Shown piece after piece: positions 12,146-22,406 of a DNA stretch of 52,550 bases. Each line of letters begins with the position of its first letter. The first letter of the stretch is position 1. Under the pieces are notes generated by a model. The model was given only the letters and a program-made list of their open reading frames with translations. It was not told the DNA's origin and searched no databases. Made by a program: the position numbers and the translations under genes. The stretch comes from Corallochytrium limacisporum Hawaii (lineage: Eukaryota; Protista; Pluriformea). Location of the stretch: NCBI GenBank assembly GCA_002811645.1, contig PDIP01000057.1, forward strand, positions 230,225 through 282,774, in the 5' to 3' direction.

Positions 12146-14434
12146 CTACATCTTCGCCACAGACTTGCGATAGGATCGTGCCTCCTCTTTGGCGATGGTC
12201 TGCTTGTGGACTTCATCTGGGCCATCAGCCAGACGCAGGGTGCGCACCATCGAGTACATGTAGGCCAAGGGGAAGTCCTGCGAAACACCGCCGCCGCCAT
12301 GTGCCTGGATACCACGGTCAATGACGTTCAGGGCCATACGAGGAGCAATGACCTTGATCATTGCAATCTCCTTCCGGGCCAGTTTGGTACCACCGACATC
12401 GATCATCTTGGCAGCCTTCAGGCACAACAAGCGAGCCTGCTCGATCTCCATGCGAGATTCTGCAATGTCAGACTGAATCGTGCCGAATTCGATCAACTTC
12501 TTCCCGAACGCCACTCTCTCGTGCACACGCTTCATCATGACCTCTAGGGCACGTTCAGCCACACCAATGGTGCGCATGCAGTGATGAATACGTCCAGGTC
12601 CAAGGCGTCCCTGAGCGATTTCAAAACCACGGCCCTCACCCAAAAGCAGATTTTCTTTGGGAACGCGGACGTTCGTAAACTTCATCTCGTAATGGCCGTG
12701 AGGAGCATCGTCATAACCAAAGACATTCAAGTGACGGACCTTTTGAACGCCCGGGGTGTCCATAGGGACCAAAATCATGCTCTGCTGGGCGTGTTTGGCA
12801 GCGCCCGTGTCTGTCTTGCCCATGACGACCAGGATTTTGGCACGAGGGTCACCAGCACCGGAGGACCACCACTTGCGACCGTTGATCACGTAGTAGTCTC
12901 CGTCACGACGAATCGAAGTTTCGACATTGGTGGCGTCACTGGATGCCACCTGAGGCTCAGTCATGCAGAACACAGAGCGGATCTCACCAGCTAGCAAAGG
13001 CTCCAGCCATTTTCTCTTCTGAGCTGGGGTACCATACAGGTGGAGTACCTCCATGTTACCAGTATCCGGGGCAGAACAATTGAAGACTTCGCTCGCAAAA
13101 AATGCTCGGCCCATGATCTCAGCCAGTTGGGCATACTCGTATTGACCCAGCCCACTGACGCCGGTGAGGAACAAGTTCCACAGGCCCTGCGCCTTGGCTA
13201 TTTTCTTCAGTTCCTCCAGTTTGGGAATCACCGTCCAGCGAGTAGGTGAGTTTTTCAGCTGCTCAGCAACTATAGGCTCACTAGGATATATGTACTCATC
13301 CATGAACTTGAGCAACTTTGCCTTAATCTTGGTCAGGCGCGGCGTCTCGACGATGTACTCCTGGTAGTCGACCTGCGGGTTGCTTGTTGCAATGCCGTAC
13401 CCAAGGCGAGCCAGCATCACGGTCGCCCCACCAATGTCTCCAGCATCATTGGAGTTGTTTCCCTGCAGGACCCGGCCATGAATACCACGGGAGATAGCTG
13501 CCACGCGGAAGAGAGAGTAGGCAAGGTAGCTGCGCATGATACGGCCTTCCGGGATTTCTACCTTTCCTGCTCGTGCATAAATGGACCAGTACTCCGACTG
13601 GGATGGAATGCCTTTGGGCAGCTGGCCACTACCCATAGAGATGCCAACATTGACACCATTCGGTAGCATCCAGGGGACAGTAGAGTATGCCAGCTCTGCC
13701 AGGCCCTCACCAGAGGTTGCCAGCTCCCAATCCAAGACAGCAATCACACGGGGCTCAGTGGGGTGGAAAACCATGTTATCCAGACGGTAATCACCGTGCA
13801 CGAGGACTGCAGGCTTCTCGGTGAAATCGCAGTTCAACTGCAGCCAATCGTAGAGCTTTTCCATTTCGGGGCAAGGAGGCACTCCATCCACACTGCTCTG
13901 TACGTACTGACGACGCCAGGTGGTGACTTGGCGTTTGAGGTAGGAACCAGGCTTTCCCAAATCTTCCAGACCAAGATCCTTCAGATTGTACGAATGCAAC
14001 ATCGCGAGAGTTTCGGCAGATGCTTTATAGATGGCCGAGCGCTCGTTGGGGGATAGGTCAGGAAGAGAACCATCACGGAAGATGCGGCCAGGTATGTAAC
14101 TCATCAAATAAAACTCAGTACCAATCACGCTACGATCACCACAATAGGCAATTGGTTTCGGGACAGGGAAGCCAACCTTATGGAGAGCAGTGATGCAGCG
14201 GAACTCACGGTCGACCTGATGAGCACTCTTCAGCAGATCACCACTGGGCTTTCGCCGGAGAACCATCTCCTGGGACCCGCACTGTACAAAGTAGGTAGGG
14301 TTAGACTGACCAGCGGGGAAGGACCTCACCGTAACGGGAGCTCCGCGACTGATCAGGCCCTTTGATTCAAGAAATTTCTTGAGGCCAGCCTCATTGAACT
14401 GGTTGCGCTTAGGAACAGGGATTGTGCCTGCCAT
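12146..14434 (-). CDS. ACAD10/ACAD11-type APH-kinase + acyl-CoA dehydrogenase fusion
   Basis: N-terminal APH-like kinase ([27 protein letters not shown]) fused to ACAD ([34 protein letters not shown]). First ATG 14434; ends -AKM (PTS1-like). Confidence 0.92.
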   Translation of the reverse strand: MAGTIPVPKRNQFNEAGLKKFLESKGLISRGAPVTVRSFPAGQSNPTYFVQCGSQEMVLRRKPSGDLLKSAHQVDREFRCITALHKVGFPVPKPIAYCGDRSVIGTEFYLMSYIPGRIFRDGSLPDLSPNERSAIYKASAETLAMLHSYNLKDLGLEDLGKPGSYLKRQVTTWRRQYVQSSVDGVPPCPEMEKLYDWLQLNCDFTEKPAVLVHGDYRLDNMVFHPTEPRVIAVLDWELATSGEGLAELAYSTVPWMLPNGVNVGISMGSGQLPKGIPSQSEYWSIYARAGKVEIPEGRIMRSYLAYSLFRVAAISRGIHGRVLQGNNSNDAGDIGGATVMLARLGYGIATSNPQVDYQEYIVETPRLTKIKAKLLKFMDEYIYPSEPIVAEQLKNSPTRWTVIPKLEELKKIAKAQGLWNLFLTGVSGLGQYEYAQLAEIMGRAFFASEVFNCSAPDTGNMEVLHLYGTPAQKRKWLEPLLAGEIRSVFCMTEPQVASSDATNVETSIRRDGDYYVINGRKWWSSGAGDPRAKILVVMGKTDTGAAKHAQQSMILVPMDTPGVQKVRHLNVFGYDDAPHGHYEMKFTNVRVPKENLLLGEGRGFEIAQGRLGPGRIHHCMRTIGVAERALEVMMKRVHERVAFGKKLIEFGTIQSDIAESRMEIEQARLLCLKAAKMIDVGGTKLARKEIAMIKVIAPRMALNVIDRGIQAHGGGGVSQDFPLAYMYSMVRTLRLADGPDEVHKQTIAKEEARSYRKSVAKM

Positions 14435-15541
14435 TTTGACTTGGGAAACTTGCACAGACTGTGAACACTTCTGGAAACCTCAAGGATCTCAGAGATTGGC
14501 ATATCCACAATGCCACCTGAGCGCCCTTTTATACATGTCCGTAGTGAGGCCACTCAAAGAGCTGTTCCGAAAATGACAGATTCAATTACAAGCTAAGGTA
14601 ATTCTCAGCGATTTGTGTGTATGGCAAGCGGACCATTACACGGGAGTGCACGCCCAGGGAGTATTGTCGCCGTGAGCGTCCGAATATAGGACACAACAGT
14701 ACGGAAATGACAGTAGACCCACCCCAAAGCCTCATTGTGCGCAGTAGTCACTGCTGTCCCTTTCTGCGTATCGTCCGAGTGCAGTTCAGAATCACACCCA
14801 TCTATATTAACATACTTCACTTTCTGTGATAAGGAATCCTCGCCCTTTCCTTGGTTTGTGAAATCAAGGCTGTTGGGTCTGACTGTACTGAATTCTCTTG
14901 CGCACTGTGTGCCACGAATCATCGAGAGCTCAAAACAGCTGCGAACTGTACAGCTATTTTTAGATCTCGCCGAAGACAAAGCTTCTGAACACAAGCGAGA
15001 GAAACCAGTGGGGAAGGAGGTGCGGGGAACTCTGTGTCAATAGAAAACAGTACCGCGGTTTGTGGCTTCGTGACATTTTTGGGGAAAACTGAGAGGACAA
15101 GGAAGATCAGCTTACTGTCAGCCCATAACCCTGATGCACATAGCACCAACTGGACTCTGGCGTTCCTTGCTTCCTCACAGCAGACCTCCCACTGTAACCT
15201 GTAAGCCGTGTGAAATATTACGTATTTTGATTCACAGAATATATTCAATTGATTTGGGTTGCAAAGTTTGAAAGAAAAACAAAGTTTTTCTTTAGATATG
15301 AAGTCGACGGAGGGCACGGTTTAACCAAGACCAGTTGCGAGTACACAACTTCAATAGTCGAACACACACATCCGCTGTGTGGGCAAAACTGGCTGCGCTG
15401 ATTATGCGGAATAAATGCAGCAAAGACTTGGTATTCGAACGAGCTCTTTAAGACAGTTTAGAAGCAGATCATGAGTTAGTCGTCTTGAATACGCAGAATA
15501 TGCGCTCTTCCCGCAATTCGAACCTACCACGACTCCAAACT

Positions 15542-16138
15542 ATGGCACGCTTGGCTCTGGTTGCAGTAGTCCTCGTGACTACCATACTCTTCTTCACTGC
15601 CCCTTCCTCTATCCACGCAGCAAATGCTGAGCAGGAGGAAATCACTGACAAGGTCTTCTTCGACATGACAATTGGAGGTGAAGATATTGGTCGCATTGTC
15701 ATCGGTCTCTTCGGCAAGACAGTTCCTAAAACTGTAGATAATTTCAAGACTCTCGCTCAGCGTGAAGGCTCTGAGGGATACAAGGGCTCTCACTTTCACC
15801 GTGTTATCCAGAACTTCATGATCCAGGGCGGAGATTTTACCAATGCAGATGGAACTGGCGGTAAGAGCATCTACGGCGGCAAGTTCGATGATGAGAACTT
15901 TGCTCTAAAGCACGAGGGACCTGGCTACCTATCTATGGCTAACGCCGGCAAGAACACGAACGGCAGTCAATTTTTCATCACTACCGTTAAGACTGCATGG
16001 CTAGACGGCCATCATGTTGTGTTTGGCAAGGTTCTGGAGGGCATGGACGTCGTGAAGAAGATTGAGACCACTCCAACTGGTCGCCGTGACGTACCTGATC
16101 AGCGGGTTGAAATTAAGGACTCTGGAGTCCTTGAGTAA
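15542..16138 (+). CDS. PPIB: Cyclophilin B-type secretory-pathway peptidyl-prolyl isomerase
   Basis: Hydrophobic signal peptide [12 protein letters not shown]..., [45 protein letters not shown]. An alternative in-frame ATG exists at 15500. Confidence 0.9.
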   Translation: MARLALVAVVLVTTILFFTAPSSIHAANAEQEEITDKVFFDMTIGGEDIGRIVIGLFGKTVPKTVDNFKTLAQREGSEGYKGSHFHRVIQNFMIQGGDFTNADGTGGKSIYGGKFDDENFALKHEGPGYLSMANAGKNTNGSQFFITTVKTAWLDGHHVVFGKVLEGMDVVKKIETTPTGRRDVPDQRVEIKDSGVLE

Positions 16139-16226
16139 GACTCAAGCAATCTGGAACTGAAAATCCAGTAGCATGGTATTTTGTACAGCTGGATATATGT
16201 TGATTTATCATAAAACAATACAGAAG

Positions 16227-17447
16227 TTAGCCTTCTGCAAATACATTGTCTGTAAACTTGGAATTTCCATAGACATTGTCCATCTTCGGATCGTCCTTAA
16301 GGCTAATATCACGACTGCGTAGGGACCGTTTCACCGCATCAGAGTCATTGTGATCGATACTACGTGCAGACTTTAAGCTCTCCCTAATGTTTGCAGGGTG
16401 GTCTCCATATAATTGCTCGTCCACAATAGCAGCTACGGCTTCCTGTTGGAGGACCTCTTCGTTTTCCGCGGACGCAGAGGCAGGTTCTGCATGACCACCC
16501 CCAGCTTCCATGGCCTCGATATACCGACGTCTAGATTCTTCCATTTCTCTACCCTGTGCCTCGCGTAGTTTTTCTCTCTTCCTTGCTGCTTTGGCTTCAG
16601 CAGGTGTCATCATGGCCTGACCAACCCTCGTGGTGTGCAACTGGGGCTGCTGTGCTAAGATCTTCAAGTCAGCCGATTCCTTAGAAGGTTCCTCATAGGC
16701 TGGATACAGCTCATTGGTCATGATCGCATCATTCTCATCCCACTCTCCATTTCCCGCCGGGTGCCCTTCATCCTCGGAATTCCAATCCAAATCATGTTGA
16801 GGTTTGCCGTCCCTCAAGCTGGGATTTTTGTCAAAAAATTCGTTCAGCTTTGTAAGGATTGGAACTGCCTTACTGTTGGCTGGTACAAAGTCCAAAGTGT
16901 CGAGTGGGTTTCCGTTCACATCCAACGTTTCCAGGACTTTCAACTTGCAAAGTGCATATGGTAGAGAGCTCAATTGATTGTTCTCAAGTGACACAAACTG
17001 AAGACTCCTGCAATTCCCGATTGCCGATGGTAGCGAAATGAGTAGATTGGAAGCCGCATTCAGTACGGATAAATGGACAAGCTCACCTATTTCTTCAGGG
17101 AGATCCTGGAGTTTGTTATTTGCAACATTTAAAATTGTCAAATTCGTCACAGACCCGATGGCTGGAGGAAGGCTCACCAGTTTGTTTCGTTGCAAATATA
17201 ATTCCTCAAGATCTTCCATGAAGCCGATTTCGTATGGTAGAGTAGTTAGCTTGTTGTCTTCCAGTTCGAGAACCCGGAGCCTCTCGTCTTCGACATAACT
17301 CGGGTCAAGAACAGTCAAACCAAGTCCACTGCAGGTCAATTTTCTGCCTGAAGACTTGACTTTTGCTTTTTTGACCTCCTTGTCAAGCTTTTCTTTCGAC
17401 GGGAAGGCGCCATCTTCTCGATCTGGCCTACCTTGTTCGTTTCCCAT
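16227..17447 (-). CDS. Leucine-rich repeat protein with possible N-myristoylation and a charged/disordered C-terminus
   Basis: About 6 LxxLxLxxNxLxxLPxxIG repeats; starts MGNEQG; coiled-coil-like stretch in the C-terminal half. Confidence 0.85.
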   Translation of the reverse strand: MGNEQGRPDREDGAFPSKEKLDKEVKKAKVKSSGRKLTCSGLGLTVLDPSYVEDERLRVLELEDNKLTTLPYEIGFMEDLEELYLQRNKLVSLPPAIGSVTNLTILNVANNKLQDLPEEIGELVHLSVLNAASNLLISLPSAIGNCRSLQFVSLENNQLSSLPYALCKLKVLETLDVNGNPLDTLDFVPANSKAVPILTKLNEFFDKNPSLRDGKPQHDLDWNSEDEGHPAGNGEWDENDAIMTNELYPAYEEPSKESADLKILAQQPQLHTTRVGQAMMTPAEAKAARKREKLREAQGREMEESRRRYIEAMEAGGGHAEPASASAENEEVLQQEAVAAIVDEQLYGDHPANIRESLKSARSIDHNDSDAVKRSLRSRDISLKDDPKMDNVYGNSKFTDNVFAEG

Positions 17448-18408
17448 AGTTATTTGCTCCTAGATCTTCTTATGCGATCCAATCGAACTAACACCTACCC
17501 ATTGATATTCTGTAGACTGGTGCATAGTCATAAATGTGCTATTAATAACATGTCTTGTACCTGGCCGAATCAACATACTATTGGCCCTGTGGTGACCAAC
17601 CTCGGCGGAGTCATTTTCGGAGGCTGTGCGTCCTAACAGGGCGGGTTCATCCCCTTTGTGGTGAGGATGCCTGTGCGGGAAAGAGGAACAACACAGGCGG
17701 GAAAGAGCCCTTGATCCATCGGTGGGTCAGAGAGCCTCCAGTACTTTTTCCTTTGCCTTTGGGCGATTGCATGAGATCTTACTTTCATAATCATAAGAAC
17801 CCCTTTGATTCTTCGTCCCATGTATGCCAATTGGTCGGTCGGGAGCACTTTCCTTGGATGCACGAGGCACCGGGGCAAAGTACCAGTAGTTCTAGTGCTC
17901 TGTTAGGGAAAACTCATATTCGTGTTCTGTACGAATTTTCTTGCACCCTTCCTCTCCCCGCCTTTCGTACAGTGAAGGTGAGGCGACAATGCATGTATAG
18001 ATAGAATTAAAGTCAGGAACGTCCAAAAACATCCGCCAACCACCGCAATCAATATATATTGAAGAATTGCTTCGTGCGCCGTGTACGTGGGCAGAATGTG
18101 GTCACAAGGACTGTCCTTGCGAGAGTCAGCGCAAAACCGATCCCCGGCGCATTCAAACCATGTCCACCTTAAGTGAACCAAAGCTACTAGAGGCTTGACG
18201 AAGAGTGAGTGTATTGCTGCAAGGTAGTATCCTGCTGGAGAGAGTGATTTCACTGTACAATAAGCTGTCAACATTGATTCTACAACTGGTACCAAGATGA
18301 CTTGTGAACAGAGGTTTTGTCACGGACATGGATAGAGAGAATCTTCACAGGGAGTAGCAGCATATTCGTTCTATATCAATCAATTGCACTTTTGTCGCCC
18401 AAAGCATC

Positions 18409-18891
18409 ATGCCAGCCGAAGAACCCGGGAGGATTGTACGCCTTGATGCAGATGAACAATCCAACATAGAGTCTCTCCGGTGGTTGCGCATCTGGTTCCG
18501 GCTAAATCTATTTCTGATGGTATTCGTCAGCGTACCATTCTTTGTGAGTCCAGAGTCTGCACAAAGTCGTTTAGGTCGGGGCTGTATTGATGTCTATGCC
18601 TCACGCATGGTTGCAGCTGCTCTTATATCTGTGGGGTTTCTATCGTACAGTGCAAGGTATTCTACTCTAGAGACCCTAAGGAGGGTTCTGGATTTCAAGA
18701 TCTGCTGGAGTACGCTCAGTCTGCTTGCATTACTCATGTCCTGCTGGCATGAGCCTGATGAGGTTCCAGGTGTTGTCATGGTGGGTATATTTGTACTAGC
18801 CTCCTTGGATGTGATATGGATTTACTACAGGATCGAATTGCCATATTTGTTTGCTGAAGGTGCCAGGAGAAACAACCATAAAGCAATGTAG
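18409..18891 (+). CDS. Small multi-pass (about 4 TM) membrane protein of unknown function
   Basis: 160-aa ATG ORF with four hydrophobic segments; SRMVAAAL, KICWS and WIYYR motifs. Confidence 0.7.
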   Translation: MPAEEPGRIVRLDADEQSNIESLRWLRIWFRLNLFLMVFVSVPFFVSPESAQSRLGRGCIDVYASRMVAAALISVGFLSYSARYSTLETLRRVLDFKICWSTLSLLALLMSCWHEPDEVPGVVMVGIFVLASLDVIWIYYRIELPYLFAEGARRNNHKAM

Positions 18892-18903
18892 GAAACAAGT
18901 TCC

Positions 18904-19416
18904 CTATGTAAAATCCCTCTTTCCTCCGGTCTTTTGAACCACTTTGATGTCTGAAATGATCATATCGTGTGACATTGCCTTGCACATGTCATAGATGGTA
19001 AGGGCAGCACAGGATACTGCCTGAAGGGCCTCCATCTCTACCCCAGTTGTATACGTTGTCTTCGTCTCGGCCGAAATCGCAATTGTGCTTGATTCTTCGT
19101 CAGTATCGAATTCCACCTTTACAGAAGACAGAGGAATCTGATGACAAAGGGGGATCGAAGAGAAGGTCATCTTGGCGGCATTGATACCAGCAATTTTGGC
19201 AACAGTGAAAACATCGCCCTTTGCAATTTCTTTTTGTTTCAAAGCGGTCATCACATTAGAAGGTACCTTGATTGTCCCTATCGCTCTGGCTGTCCGCAAT
19301 GTTGCTTTCTTGGTAGAAACATCTACCATAGTCGCCTTTCCTTCAGAGTCCAAATGGCTGAAGCCGCTTGTGTACGTCCTTATCTGGTTTCGAGGGAGTG
19401 CACTATGTCTCAACAT
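18904..19416 (-). CDS. MOCS1B: MoaC/MOCS1B cyclic pyranopterin monophosphate synthase; frame open upstream to about 19503
   Basis: SHLDSEGKATMVDVSTK, KGDVF, IPLCHQIPL, TGVEMEAL, TIYDMCKA, KTGGK. First ATG 19416 is followed by an Arg/Ser-rich presequence-like stretch. Confidence 0.93.
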   Translation of the reverse strand: MLRHSALPRNQIRTYTSGFSHLDSEGKATMVDVSTKKATLRTARAIGTIKVPSNVMTALKQKEIAKGDVFTVAKIAGINAAKMTFSSIPLCHQIPLSSVKVEFDTDEESSTIAISAETKTTYTTGVEMEALQAVSCAALTIYDMCKAMSHDMIISDIKVVQKTGGKRDFT

Positions 19417-19493
19417 CAAAGGAGCAAGGAGGGGTTTATCACTGTCAGTCAAGTTTTTCGTATCGAACCTCGTCAGAGTGTCTAAGAATGAGC

Positions 19494-19603
19494 CTGTTAT
19501 AGCTTAATATATACAAATCATTTCATATTGTCAATACACATCGTCCACTACCCTCCAATGGTTACCATGGGTCGATTCCTTGTCTCTTTTAGTCGAAACA
19601 TAC
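19494..19603 (-). other. Predicted alternative/retained intron removing the MoaA stop codon and fusing MoaA to MoaC
   Basis: CAT GGA G|GTATGT donor at 19603. Acceptors ATAACAG| (19494) and TTCTTAG| (19482) are both phase 1 and in frame with MoaC. Confidence 0.6.
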
Positions 19604-20687
19604 CTCCATGTCGTGCTTTCTTTCGAAGAAGTGCTTCGCGAACCAGCTCCTCAATGTCATCATTACTAGCTCCTTCCCTCATCAAATTTCTTAAGCTTAC
19701 CTCCCCATTGTCAAAGAGGCAGACTTTGATGTTTCCATCTGAAGTGATGCGCAGCCTGTTGCATGTTCCGCAAAAGTTGTTGCTCATAGACGTAATGAAC
19801 CCAAGCGTACCCACGTAATCATTGATCTTGTAGTGTTTGGTGGTGTCATTCGGTCCATCAACGGATCTCTCTACCCTTCCATATTTCTGCTTCAAGCGAT
19901 CCACGACGGTTGTGTAGTCAAGGAACCGGTCGAAGGACCATCGATTCCCATCGAAAGGCATGAACTCAATGAATCGAAGGACAATCGGATACGTACGCAT
20001 GAATCTTTCTACAAAGTCCTCAACTTCATCATCATTGACATCCCGCATCAAAACGCAATTTACTTTAGTATCCATTCCCATAGAAACACACTCATCAATG
20101 TTTCCCAGCACGCGCGCTAAACCGGCACGCCTCGTGATATTCCGGAAGCGCTCCTCTTGCAATGTATCAAGACTTATGTTAATTGAGTCCAATCCAGCCA
20201 TTCGAAGACTGTGGAGCTTCATAGGACTGCAGTATGCGTTACTAGTTATCGCCACATGTTCAATTTCTGTGTTTGCTTTGACCTCGGAAATGAGATCAGC
20301 TATCCGGGGGTAAATGGTTGGCTCACCACCTGTTAGTCGAAGTTTTCTTACACCAAGGTTGCTGAATACCTTGGTCAGCCGAATCAATTCTTCAAAAGTA
20401 AGTACTTCTGCCGGTGGGGTCAATTGCACACCCTCCGCTGGCATGCAGTACTGACAACGCAAGTTGCAACGCTCCGTGAGGCTGATGCGCAGATAGTCAT
20501 GCTTTCTCATGAATGAATCAAAAAGTGGCTTGCTTCCGCCTTCCGTTAAAGTGTTGACTTTGTCATTGTCTTCAGTTGGTGCAGTCAGTTGTGACTGTGC
20601 TCGCGATGAGTAATAACGCTTGCAGGGTGCAGAGCGCCAGATTCGGGTACGCCGAATCGTTTCCGGTGCTCTCACTATAGACCGCAT
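19548..20687 (-). CDS. MOCS1A: MoaA/MOCS1A radical-SAM GTP 3',8-cyclase
   Basis: YLRISLTERCNLRCQYC (CxxxCxxC), RLTGGEP, FCGTCNRLR...KVCLF, terminal NRPMVTIGG double glycine; Arg-rich mitochondrial-type presequence from ATG 20687. Confidence 0.95.
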   Translation of the reverse strand: MRSIVRAPETIRRTRIWRSAPCKRYYSSRAQSQLTAPTEDNDKVNTLTEGGSKPLFDSFMRKHDYLRISLTERCNLRCQYCMPAEGVQLTPPAEVLTFEELIRLTKVFSNLGVRKLRLTGGEPTIYPRIADLISEVKANTEIEHVAITSNAYCSPMKLHSLRMAGLDSINISLDTLQEERFRNITRRAGLARVLGNIDECVSMGMDTKVNCVLMRDVNDDEVEDFVERFMRTYPIVLRFIEFMPFDGNRWSFDRFLDYTTVVDRLKQKYGRVERSVDGPNDTTKHYKINDYVGTLGFITSMSNNFCGTCNRLRITSDGNIKVCLFDNGEVSLRNLMREGASNDDIEELVREALLRKKARHGGMFRLKETRNRPMVTIGG

Positions 20688-21460
20688 TTTGCCATAATTA
20701 TATTCGTATTTTGATGTCGGACTGAACGTGTAAAGAGGAAGTCTGCTTTGGCCTGTGCAAACAAAACTCAAGAGATTAATGAAGCAAAGGTTCTAGAGTA
20801 GCTGTTTCGGATTCAGTTGCGTGGAAACTTGGAATCCTGAGCACCTCGTTAATTCTCTGCACGCGGGAATCGAATGAGAATTAATTCCCTCCAGGGCGGC
20901 TGGCTCGTGTGGGGCCGGTGAGCTGTAACTTGCCCAACCGAACAGGAAGACACTGGAAATATGACAACCGACAGTGACCCACCTCTACTCTACCGCGTCG
21001 TCATCAGAATGACTGCCATTGGTTGAAATTCCCATAGTATTTGTACTTCGAGGCTCCGATCATCCCCGCTTATCCCTTGCAGTTGGGGGTGTATTGAGGC
21101 AGTCAAGAGCGCGAAAATAGGGAAGGCTGACTATAGCGTCCACCGCAACGCCCTCTCCAAACCCGCTAGCGAAAACCACACTTACATATGCAATTTTCCT
21201 TTGCCTGCCTCTGCACAGTCCGAACGGACTCATCCAAATTTGTAGTATCTACCAGCAAAGTCCTATGGGACAGAGTATGGTATGAGAAAACGAGACGATC
21301 ATTATTACAGTCTTTAGATGGATCTGCACCGTGTATGGTGAGGTGGACTATAAAAATTAAGTTATGAAGACAAAGAAGTTATCAGGGGATTGAAGTGGGC
21401 ACTCAGGTAGCAGACAGGAATCTCGAGAGCGTCCTTGCGACTCAAAAAAAAAACATCAGT

Positions 21461-22406
21461 ATGGCAGCCAAGACATTAATGACCACGACATCAAATGCAC
21501 AGTGGACAAGGCTCAATGCCAGTTTGATGAGTCTGTTTCAACAGAAGAGCAAGATGGCTTTGTCTCAAAACAAAGACGTGATGAAGGACATTGAACTCTT
21601 AAACCATGCGGTAGCGTAAGTATACAACGGCAGTTTTGCACAGGAATGGACTGTTAAAAGGCAGGAATACCAACGGATGATTTTCATTTCTTATTTATGT
21701 ACAACTATTTTCCGTACAGGGATCTTGCTTCAGACGCAGACATGAGAACCAAACTTCCCTCACTAATACGGGGCCAAATGCTTCTCAAGGGCATGATTAT
21801 TCTGCGTGAGCTAGGGTTACGTGTAAGTACTATTTCCACTGTCTTCTTGATATCTTCTAATGGAGGGGTGGCGAACTGATGTTCATGCCGGCCGCTTCCG
21901 CTCCTGGAACTAGGCAACTAACTAAAAGCGACTTTCTCTCTTTTCTCTGGGTCTTTTCGGTATCACAGGATTTGCAAGGCTCTGCGCTTCTCCAAAGGCT
22001 TGCGGAAATTTGGAAACTCTTCTTTTCACATATACTAATCACTCTTGAAGCAGCATTTCAACCAATTCTTACAGATCCAGAAATTAAACTGCGGCATTGG
22101 GCACTGGTGGCCTTTAGAGATCATGTTATCCTAGGGGATTCTAATATCAGAGAGACATTCGAAGATGCCTTGAGTCAAGAGCGCATCAGGCCACCTGCTA
22201 TCAGTCATATGCTGTTAATGTTACAGAGTGTACGAACCGGATGTGACAAAGAACAGATTGTCAATGCCATGACCTCGTTCATCATGCCTTACCTCGGATT
22301 TTACACAGAAGATCCCAGCAGGTTCGGCTCTTACGAGAGCAAGCTTGATGTCATGCAGGATAGAATGGCCCCAATTCAATCCGTTGAAGACCTTGATATG
22401 CTATGA
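21461..22406 (+). CDS. PRR5: PRR5/Protor (HbrB/Bit61 family) TORC2-associated protein; exons 21461-21615, 21720-21822, 21969-22406 (231 aa)
   Basis: Spliced product has WTRLNASLMSLFQ, LLKGMIILRE, LLQRLAEIWKLFFS, ALVAFRD, PPAISHMLLMLQSV and PYLG, collinear with recalled PRR5 motifs (LLTKGMVILRD, LAETWDFFF, PPAIVQMLLVLQGV, PYLG). Both introns are GTAAGT...CAG and preserve frame. Confidence 0.85.
21616..21719 (+). other. PRR5 intron 1 (phase 2, 104 nt)
   Basis: GC|GTAAGT ... pyrimidine-rich ... CCGTACAG|G; removes the in-frame TAA. Confidence 0.8.
21823..21968 (+). other. PRR5 intron 2 (phase 0, 146 nt)
   Basis: CGT|GTAAGT ... ACTAAC branch ... polypyrimidine tract ... ATCACAG|GAT. Confidence 0.82.
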
